Assembly: GCF_964204645.1 (NCBI RefSeq)
Contig: NC_134025.1
Location: forward strand, 14,136,001-14,200,000
Source of the DNA: Tubulanus polymorphus
Taxonomy: Eukaryota; Animalia; Nemertea
Direction of reading: 5' to 3'
DNA: 64,000 nucleotides
Shown: positions 54,865-64,000 of the stretch, piece by piece
Position numbering within the stretch: position 1 is the first letter of the stretch
How the letters are laid out: each line of letters starts with the position of its first letter
Made by a program: the position numbers and the translations under genes
Notes under the pieces: generated by a model
What the model saw: the letters and a program-made list of their open reading frames with translations, nothing else
Databases searched by the model: none
What the model was told of the DNA's origin: nothing

Positions 54865-55375
54865 TGCAAATTCATAAACTGACCATCACTGACCACCACT
54901 GACCAACTCAAACTTCTCGAATGTGAAAACGATATACCGCGTTATGGTGTCAAAGTAGAAAGGATTCGCCATAAATATTGAGAATTCATAAATTGAACAT
55001 CACTGACCACCACTGACCAATTCATCCTTCTCGAATATGAGAAAGATATACCGCGATACGTTGTCAAACGAGAGAGGATTCGCCATTGAAAATTCATAAC
55101 ATAATTTGACCCACACTGACCACCACTGACCAATTTAAACTTCTCGAATGTGAGAACAATATATCGGTACCGCGTTTGGTGTGAAGCTAGAAAGGATTCG
55201 CCATTAAAATTCATAAATTGACCATCACTGACCAGCACTGACCAATTTAGACTTCTCGAATGTAAGAACGATATGCAGGCACCGCGTTTGGTGTGAAACT
55301 AGAAAGGATTCGCCATCAAAATTCATAAATTGACCATCACTGACCGCCACTGCCCAAGCGAAACTTCTCGAATAT
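54865..55375. repeat. Tandem repeat, about 111-115 bp unit, 4.5 copies
   Basis: Recurring aattcataaattgaccatcactgaccaccactgaccaa...cttctcgaat...aggattcgcca. Confidence 0.9.
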
Positions 55376-58300
55376 CGTGGTCGAATTCGAAAGTGCTTGT
55401 CGTCGTATTGCCATTTCTAGAGACCAGCAGTATGTTTTGCTACGGTTTGTGAATGGCGTTGTCATGATGGAAATATATTACCCATAAATAGGTTACACAT
55501 CTGGATAACAGCACCTCACTTGCCGCAATGCGTTATTTTCACTACATAGTAATGCTAATACATAAACTGTTTTACTACTTGACTCTAAGCTTGACTCGAA
55601 TCATCTGAACAGTACTGCGTTAGAAAACTCAACGAATAGAAAATGTTTGCGAGAAGCACCTACAAATAAGTTATGATAAGATCAAATCTATGGTTAATCG
55701 ATGCTTAAAAACAATTAAATCACAAGATGACTAACGTCTTTCAACCAATCAGCGCGATAAAACCATTAAACGCATTGGGCTCCTAATATTTGAAATCATT
55801 TGTTACAATAGTTGTTCTTTATTTAGACTTGGCCACTTTTGTTTCAGAAAACCGCGTACTAGACCAGTGGTTACCAAGGCATTAAAATTAAATTTTTTTG
55901 AAATTTCGATGGTAACGATGTTTCCGTAAAAAAAAAGTTTCGTTAATATTACAAGTTTTTTTTTTACTCTTGTATAGAATTCACTATATGAAAAGTGTTC
56001 ATAGGAATTGATATTCGCTGTGATATCAGTCACCTGTTACCCTTTTTCATTGTCAGTTCTTTATTGCACTATCATGCAAACGTAGTACCGATAATCGTGT
56101 TTTTGTTGCGTAACCAAACGAACGTCGAACGTTAGGCAAAAGGTAGAAAGTTTCTAATGTCCGATCGACAGTACCGGTAGCGCCGCTACTTAGCAATAAT
56201 GAGAACTAATGTTATTGACGATGTTTTGTTAAGTGGAAAGACGCCGAGTACCAGTATATATCCGATAGGTTCGAATCCCCAATTTCTTCGGGATGGTTTG
56301 ATTTTAAAATAGCGATCGTTTTAATAGATTTGGTCAGGGAGGTGGGAGTTCACTCCCAACTCCCTGATTTGGTGTACCTTATTAAACTTACCCACCGGCA
56401 CCACACCTGCCGGATGTGAAACAGGGGACGTCCTATTCCAATATTGACGCTAAAGATTTAGTGTCAATTTTATAGTACTGTAACGGCGGTATGAATTAAA
56501 TTCAGCTTATAGACTGAGAGTTATTTTAAGGCAAACTCTAATGGGCTGTTTTGCACATCGTCGAAAGACTTCTCATCCATCGATACTTGATAAAAATGAA
56601 ATAAAACATCTAGTTCCAATTATCTCATGTAAGCGTAACATTTATTTTGAAAATCTCAACCATACATCAAAACATTTTAAAGCCTTCTATATCAAATGCA
56701 ATCTTTTGCTAACATAAACAATGGACAAATGGCCATATCTCTATCATATTAATTATATCACGAATGCTAAATATTGCGATATTAATTGAAATCGTTCAAC
56801 CAACAAATGAATTTAGTTAACATATCATCACAAACCATTCATATCCTTGGCAAAGGACTTATAAGCTTTTAGAATATCCAAACAGGAAAACTTTAGTCTC
56901 ATTTCTATGCGAGTAGAAATACATTATCATTATAACATCCATATCGTTGCATTATATATAACATCCATATCTTTGCATTATATATATGTTTATAATGTCA
57001 TATCTCTTAATAATAATCAATCCAATAATTGAATCAATAATACTAATTCATTTATAAATCAATAATTGATAATTAAACTATCAACTCTGCTATAATTGAG
57101 TTACACATGAGGTAAAAAAATTATGACATAAAAACTCCTGTCAGAGTAATAGAAGTAACTGTCTAATACATGAAATAAAACATTTTATACAATGAACTGA
57201 GCTATGAATCTGATGAAAATATTCAATCTGAGATCTTGCGAATGATGTTATTTTAGCCCTCTACTTCTGAAAACTGAATAGCGCGCTGTGAACTTCAACT
57301 TCAAAACAAATTTGCTGAACAGCAGTGTATCGAAAAACTGTACGTACAGTGCACTGCGAACTGAACGCGGCGTCTTCTCACTTAGAAAATTATCGACTTG
57401 ACAGATTAGTTCGATTTTCGACCGCAGCGGCGCTATACGACATTGGACAAAAGAAACTTTCTACCTTTTGCGAACGTTAGTAGAAATGGAACAAGCGAGG
57501 CTCCACGCACTCTTCAACCGTAAAAATCTCAATCCAATTTATTGCAAAAGACCGTATCGGTTTCTTACGTTACATAGTTCACGTAGGGATTTAGGTCAAT
57601 TTCTTTGATATTTCTAGGAATTAGGCGTTATGCGTTTTCCGATTTGGTGTTTTTCATCAGGCGTTTTTCGAATACCGCTCTTTTTGAATCAAAAAAAGAA
57701 AAAAAAACATGTGTGTTTCGTTATATACAAGGTTAAATTCCAAACGCATATCGTATGGATATGCATCACACGACATACACATCTAGCATTTTCTCTAACC
57801 AGGCCCTTTCCAAATGGCAATTGTTCAGTTTTTTAACGGCCGACATTCAGAGGCACCTAAAAACGGTGGTAGCGCTTGAGATTTTCAGTGTAGGCTACAT
57901 CTCACATCGACTCGGCTCGCGGGCGGTTGTTTAATGGGAACACATCTGGTAGACACTAGTTTCACAGTTGACGAATACAGAAAACTTTTTTCAAATGTCT
58001 TTGATAACATCTTAAACATAGTATTCTTCTTAATTACATTTCGCTGATTCCATAGATATGTTTTTATGAAAATTGCACTAGTTATAACGGATTTAAACAT
58101 GCATGTAAAATAATTATTTTCAAAATATTCAATTTTCTCCGATTTTGAAGCAATTCTGGCACAATATCATCTCCGCATCGACACATGATTTTACTTCGGT
58201 ACCTTTGAAGGGAGTGTCACTTGTTGTTGAGTTCGTACTTTGTCAAACAAGGAGATATGCCTGATTCCTTTTTAAAATTTAAATTTCGACAGATAAGGCA

Positions 58301-59789
58301 TCGTGTCATCTGTAATTGATATCACATGATTTCAATTAAAGATGACACGTAGCCGCATATCAAATGATATGAACGCAACAGAGCCTATATATTCATTCTC
58401 TTTCGAGGATGGGTCTCCACATTCATAGGTTACGAGATTCGTGGGTTCGAATGATGAATACAACTGATAAAGCCCCAATTTCACTGATTCTTGCACATTA
58501 ATGTTCAAAGGCGCTTCAGAGTAATCGAGTAAACAGGTGTGTTTTTTAGGAGTCTTTTGAATTTAAATTCAAATCGGGGTTCATGGCGAATATTGAGCCT
58601 TTTAGGGCTGGAGCAAGAAACGTGTGGGATCGTTCGCCAAGGTATCGCCAATAAGGAGCCAGTCCGTGGTGGCTATTGAAAGCGACGACCGAATATGAAT
58701 GCATTGATTGAATCTCAAAAGTCAGATTATATAAAATTGAACATGATATATGGATAGGTTATTCCATATATACTGGTAAAAATGATGCCCAATATGTGAT
58801 ATAAATATTCAATCAAAAAGTAGAAACTGAATCCATAATTCAGTATGGTATTGTTACAACATCAAACACTCAAATTCCATTCTCTGTTAAATTAGTACCA
58901 AGGGTAGAGGAGCAAGTATCGTGGTCCCTAATTTTAGTTATCGTAATAATTCAAGCCAAGCGATTTTGAAATGTTCAACAAGTTGGAGTTTGTGTTGAGA
59001 TTAATGAGTTTAAAATAGAGTGGAATGTCTATAACTCGTTATATTCTTTTATTTTGATACCTCGTCGACATAACAGCTTTTCTCCGCCATATCTCTTCGG
59101 CCTGTTTAGTTTAGGCCTACGATGAAAATTTATCTTAGTAAATACACGGTTAATTCGGTAAAGAAAAATAGGTATTGTTAAACTAACTCCTTGAAACCCG
59201 CAGCCAAATCACTGGTAGTAATAAATTAATTTGTACTCGATTTGATTCTCATGATGAGGAGAAACTCGCAGCTCATCCCCGGAACGTCGATGTAGTAACA
59301 CACGTCGATTCGTCGATGTTTACGGCTCGACAGTGCTTTTAAAATCTAAAGTAGTAAATTTCCAGTGTATCGGTAATATGATTTAATGAGGAAAATGGGC
59401 TATTGTTAAAATCACTGTTTGAAGACCGCGACTGAATGTGAAGTCTGCGGCAATAAATTAGTTCATTTCTACTTGAATTGATAATCGAAGTGACAGTCGG
59501 CCTGCGGGTTGATTTCGGGATGATGACTCGAAAAACATGTCGCCCCATTGAATGGGGCTAAATTTTCGATGTTTACGGCCCGACAGCGCTTTTGTAACGA
59601 TGATTCGTGAAAAAACACGCGGGCTATTTGTAGATCTCAGTGAGCTGAACGATATTATATGGATTGTATATGAAACAGCGGTAAGGTAACAAAGCCTATG
59701 TTCTTTTGGTAAAAATAGTGTGGAAGAAAATAATAATAAATATAGCTGCAAAGCAGCGATAACGGGTTTTCTGCACAGTCTTAGAATCC

Positions 59790-60040
59790 TGTTCAACGGT
59801 GGATTTCAACAAAGCATTTGATAAGGCTCAACATCAGCCATTACTGAACAGGCTATTAGGAAACAGTATCAATGATAGGTCGCCCAAATGACACAGCAGT
59901 TATCTCTGAACGGAAACTTGTAACCGAAATCAACGGAACGCCTCATCTTGGAGTGAGACGGTCTAACTAGTGGAGTCACGCAAGGTAGTATCCTAAGTCG
60001 TCTTCTGTTTAATGTCCTGACAAATGACATACACAGTAAT
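59790..60040 (+). pseudogene. Non-LTR (LINE) reverse transcriptase remnant
   Basis: VDFNKAFDK and SGVTQGSILSRLLFNVLTNDI motifs with stops and frameshifts. Confidence 0.75.
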
Positions 60041-60121
60041 CCAAAATATACCAGACCGAGTAAATTTCCAAAACAACCGTAACACACTGTTCGACCAAAA
60101 ACTTAATGTTCCGACAAAACC

Positions 60122-60293
60122 ACGGGCGACAAAACCAAAATTATGAATTGTTGCGGGTGACAAAACCAAAATATTGAATTGTTGCGGGCGATAAAACCAA
60201 AATAATGAATTGTCGCGGACGACAAAAACAAACTATTGAATTGTTGCGTGCGACAAAACCAAAATAATGAATTGTCGCGGGCGACAAAACCAA
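60122..60293. repeat. 31-bp tandem repeat, about 5.5 copies
   Basis: cgacaaaaccaaaataatgaattgttgcggg at 60127, 60158, 60189, 60220, 60251, 60282. Confidence 0.92.
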
Positions 60294-60850
60294 ACTAGGG
60301 GTCCAGGGACACCATGCTCACTTGGGCAGTGGTTTCAAATGCTCAACAATCTAACAATTTCAATACATAACGCCCTCTAGTGACCATATACAAAAACCAA
60401 TGACCTTGAAACCCACCACAATCATAGAAAATGTGAGCAGCTATGATTTTGTAATTGATTGTGATAACAAAATATGCCTCGTTACCAATTTAATATGGAA
60501 ATACTAAGTTATTCTACTATTCAACGCCCCCTGGTGACCATATGCAAAACCCAATGACCTTAAAACTCACCACAATCGTAGTACATGTCATGAAATACAA
60601 CTTTGCAATTGATCATAGTAACAAAATATGCCTAGGTACCAATCTAATAAGGAAATACTAAGCCATTCTACTATTCAGCGCCCCCTGGTGACTATATGGA
60701 ATAACTAATGTCCTTAAAAACTCACCACAATCATAGACGATGTCATGAACTACAACTTTGCAATGGATCATGGTAACAAACTATGCCTAGGTACCAATCT
60801 AATAAGGAAAAACTAAGCTTTTCTACTATTCAACGCCCCCTGGTGTCTAT
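60292..60850 (+). mobile_element. HINE-like element, 3'-truncated copy
   Basis: Same 5' end and three 154-bp units. Confidence 0.78.
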
Positions 60851-61111
60851 AACTCAAACTTTTTATTGATCGTGAAAAATTGTAGCAAAATATTTGACTC
60901 CACGGTTGGTTTTTGATTGTATCTCTCCACGCCAGAGGTAATCAAGGATATCGGGCTAGAAACAAATTGCTTGTGTAAAGCTCAACTTTGTAAATTCCTG
61001 GAATAGCTCGCCTCGGATATCTCAATAATGATTAAACATTAATTTTCCCAAAAATTCTCCCCTTCGAAAAACCTAAACAACTAATATACGCTTGCTTGCC
61101 AATGCACTATT

Positions 61112-61301
61112 AGTAATAGGGATAATAGGCTTTCATACCAAAGGTCGAAAGGTCGAGCTCGTAAAAAAATGAAAATAACAATAATTTACAGTTGAATTAG
61201 TCGCGCACACTCCTAATTCAACTGTAAATTATTATTATTTTCATTCTTTTACTCACTCGCCCCTTCAACCTTTGATATGAAAGCCTATTATCCCTATTAC
61301 T
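61112..61301. repeat. 190-bp imperfect palindrome (foldback element)
   Basis: agtaatagggataataggctttcat / atgaaagcctattatccctattact outer arms; aataatttacagttgaattag / ctaattcaactgtaaattatt inner arms. Confidence 0.9.
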
Positions 61302-61543
61302 CTTAAAATATTCATATATATGAATAAAATATAAATGAATAACATACATAAGTAACGAGTAATTAACGAGCTCTTATAGAATAGATATAAAAGTATATAT
61401 TTACAACATTATTTCAATATTCATATTTGTGTGAGTTAGATTTTAAACATTAAAAGTGTTAGTAAAGTGTGATTGAAATAATTCATATATATATATATCA
61501 TTGAACTTCTAAAATCAATTTTAAAAAAAAATTTGATATTAAA

Positions 61544-61831
61544 ATGGAAGCAAATAAGTACTACTGTCCAACATGTAATATCAATATAGATAAATCCCAA
61601 AAAGCAAGACACAATAAAACTAAAACACATTTAGAGAATAAATTGAAATTAGAATATGAAGATGCTATATTAGAAACTAAATTAGATGAATTAAAGAATG
61701 AAAAAGAAACATACAAATGTGATACATGTAATCAATCATTCAGTGATAAAAGATATTATAATGAACATTTAAAATCTAAAAGTCATATTAGAAATAAGAA
61801 TAATGATATTTTAAGGAATGAAAAAGGATGA
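61544..61831 (+). CDS. Small protein with two U1/matrin-like C2H2 zinc fingers
   Basis: YYCPTC...RHNKTKTH and YKCDTC...EHLKSKSH (HxxxxxH spacing). Confidence 0.75.
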   Translation: MEANKYYCPTCNINIDKSQKARHNKTKTHLENKLKLEYEDAILETKLDELKNEKETYKCDTCNQSFSDKRYYNEHLKSKSHIRNKNNDILRNEKG

Positions 61832-61898
61832 CGTTAGTCGAAGAAATGGAAGAGGATTCTAAAATGTTAATCAATTTTAATAAAAATATATATTATAA

Positions 61899-62681
61899 AT
61901 GGAGGAACAATCACAAGCTATAAATATAAACAATAATGGTGTAATAAATATATGCTATAAGAAATGTAATAAGTGTGAATTGAATAAATCATTAACAGAA
62001 TTTCAAAAAAATAAAACTAAAAAAGATGGCAAACAAACATATTGCAAAAGCTGTACTAAACTATACAATAACAAATTTCTTGAATATAATCCAAATTATT
62101 CAACACAATATTATATGGATAATATTGAAAAATTCAAAGTTAGAAATAAACAATGGAGAGAAAATCACTCAGATTATGTAACAGAATATATGAGAGAATG
62201 GAGGGATAATAATAGAGAATATTATAAAGCGTATCAAAATAATTATAAGAAAGAAAGATATCAAACAGATTTTAATTACAAATTGAAAAAATGTTTAAGA
62301 TCTAAAGTATCAAAATTATTCAGTAAAGAAAACCACTCAGTTACACTAGCACATTTATTGGATTGTTCAGATAAATTTTATAAATCATGGATAATATATC
62401 AATTCGATGATAAAATGAATATAAATAATTATGGCAATTATTTTCATATTGATCATGTGTTACCAATATCTAAATTTGACATGAATGATGAATATGATAA
62501 AAAGTTAATTTGGAATTGGAAAAACCTGAGACCTCTTGAAAAGAAGGAAAATATGATTAAACATGACAAACTAGATTTACAGTTATATTTAGAACAGTTA
62601 ACAAAAGTAAAGAAATCCATTGAATTATGGAATAATGATCAAAATAATGAACAATACGTTGAGTCTTTAATGAGTGGTTAA
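61899..62681 (+). CDS. HNH-family endonuclease of large-DNA-virus/phage type with N-terminal Cys4 zinc ribbon
   Basis: KKCNKC...F.K...KDG...YCKSC, charged helical middle, HIDHVLPISKFD...WKNLRPLEKKENMIK. Confidence 0.82.
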   Translation: MEEQSQAININNNGVINICYKKCNKCELNKSLTEFQKNKTKKDGKQTYCKSCTKLYNNKFLEYNPNYSTQYYMDNIEKFKVRNKQWRENHSDYVTEYMREWRDNNREYYKAYQNNYKKERYQTDFNYKLKKCLRSKVSKLFSKENHSVTLAHLLDCSDKFYKSWIIYQFDDKMNINNYGNYFHIDHVLPISKFDMNDEYDKKLIWNWKNLRPLEKKENMIKHDKLDLQLYLEQLTKVKKSIELWNNDQNNEQYVESLMSG

Positions 62682-62930
62682 AGAATAATATATCTCAAAT
62701 AAAATATGATAAAAATTACATACCTTCAACTAGCCATTATTTCTATTTTAATTTTTAATATTTTCTTTTCAAAAAAGAATACTTTATATCACAAATAAAA
62801 ATTACTTAAAAAAACAATAACTAATACTAAAATTCTTTACCTTTAACTAAGCTAGTATTAATCTAAAGAGATACTGGTATCATTTGAAGAATACTTATAA
62901 TATTTTTCTTATTAAATTTCTCTAATATAA

Positions 62931-63539
62931 ATGTCAAAGAAATCTAATAAGAATAGTATTGATATTGAAAAAACATTAGATGATTTGGGTATAAGTGATA
63001 ATAAAGATACAGTTGTAACTAATTGTGCTCAAGTTAATTGTAATATAGATTATGAATACTATTTATATTGTAAGCATCATCTAGAACTATTGATTGCCGG
63101 TGGAAAAACTAAAGAGTTTTTATATAGAATTATTACTTTTCAAGAATTAGACTCTATGAAACCCGATAAAGTAATAAAATATTTTAAGATTTATGAAGAA
63201 GCTAGATTAGCCCGAATAAATGATTCTATTTCAGATGGTATTGTCAAATGTTATTCTAAGTTATGTAACCAGTTAATACCAACTGATGATGAAAATAAAT
63301 TATATAGTGATTTGAAAAATGACTACTTAGTTATGACTGAATTACAAAAATGGGTCGGTTATGCTTCATTTCAATTAGGATCGGTTATGACATTAATTTC
63401 TACTGGTGTCATAACATTTTCGAACATCAAGCCTATGGAATATAAATCAGGTAAGAATGAAACAGATGACGCTGTACTACAACCAAACGTCGAAACAGAA
63501 AATGAATCAGAACAAAAAGTAACTAAAATAAATGAGTGA
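62931..63539 (+). CDS. Hypothetical protein, resembles uncharacterised ORFs of invertebrate Polinton-like elements
   Basis: Intact 202-aa intronless ORF; LIAGGKTKEFL, YE..L, LIP.DDE.KL..DL..D, hydrophobic C-terminal stretch (resemblance from recall, unverified). Confidence 0.65.
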   Translation: MSKKSNKNSIDIEKTLDDLGISDNKDTVVTNCAQVNCNIDYEYYLYCKHHLELLIAGGKTKEFLYRIITFQELDSMKPDKVIKYFKIYEEARLARINDSISDGIVKCYSKLCNQLIPTDDENKLYSDLKNDYLVMTELQKWVGYASFQLGSVMTLISTGVITFSNIKPMEYKSGKNETDDAVLQPNVETENESEQKVTKINE

Positions 63540-63901
63540 TGGCGTTAAGAAAAAGCCTAGATCCGAGAAACAAATTAAATGGGCAAGAGAATTAGGTAAA
63601 AGATCTTCAGAATTAAAAAAAAGCTAAGAAAAAGAAATTAACTGATATAAATGAATCACAGACTTTATCTGATATTGATTCAAATAATAATCCATCTGAT
63701 TCTTCTAATGCTGGAAGTAATTATAAATTATATATTACAATTGGATTAGTAACAGTTATTATATTATCCGGTGTAATATATAAATCAAAATTCAAATCTG
63801 ATGATAAATATGATTCCAATGACAATAAACCTATTATACCAGAAAATAAGTCAAATCATAAAGTCATTGAAACTAAATCTAAATTATTATTAATGGATTA
63901 A
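63532..63901 (+). pseudogene. Small basic protein with one transmembrane helix, split by a 1-nt frameshift in an A8 run
   Basis: MSDGVKKKPRSEKQIKWARELGKRSSELKK, then in the shifted frame AKKKK...YKLYITIGLVTVIILSGVIYK...LLLMD*; overlaps the previous stop codon. Confidence 0.6.
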
Positions 63902-63907
63902 AATAAG

Positions 63908-64000
63908 ATGAAAAAAGAACAATATTCAAGAGATTTATATTACAACCCAGAAAGTGAAGTATCATATTCTAACGTTTCAGAATTATGGAATGAAATTAAA
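63908..64000 (+). CDS. N-terminus of putative Polinton/Maverick (rve-type) integrase, truncated by window edge
   Basis: MKKEQYSRDLYYNPESEVSYSNVSELWNEIK fits the LYYxP...S(F/Y)S...L(Y/W) start typical of Maverick integrases; only 31 aa visible. Confidence 0.55.
   Translation, partial: MKKEQYSRDLYYNPESEVSYSNVSELWNEIK

Larger units (their letters stand above)
61302..64000 (+). mobile_element. Endogenous Polinton/Maverick-like virus segment (continues beyond window)
   Basis: Abrupt AT enrichment, five tightly packed intronless co-oriented ORFs, virus-type HNH nuclease, integrase-like N-terminus. Confidence 0.72.

Noticed and set aside
56230-56480. GGTTCGAATCCC B-box suggesting a tRNA gene (similar motif near 58445)
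   Set aside because: I could not build a cloverleaf; at most a decayed tRNA-derived SINE head.
60122-60293. 31-bp repeats as a possible CRISPR array
   Set aside because: Units are head-to-tail with no unique spacers, there are no cas genes, and the context is eukaryotic.

Overview
AT-rich animal (invertebrate-type) genomic DNA. About 48 kb is one spliced gene on the minus strand, SEC63. I reconstructed 18 coding exons by hand (51152 down to 3218, 718 codons, all GT-AG with continuous frame). The last exon lies beyond the left edge. Introns and flanks are packed with transposon debris: Penelope-like elements carrying hammerhead-ribozyme cores, hAT, pogo, DIRS-like and LINE remnants, many MITEs, and a Helentron/HINE-like family with internal 154-bp tandem arrays. 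From about 61.3 kb the sequence becomes a very AT-rich, intronless, co-oriented gene cluster: a double zinc-finger protein, a virus-type HNH nuclease, two unknown proteins, and an ORF start resembling a Polinton integrase. This is most likely the left part of an endogenous Polinton/Maverick-like virus that runs off the window. All family assignments come from motif recognition, not database searches.
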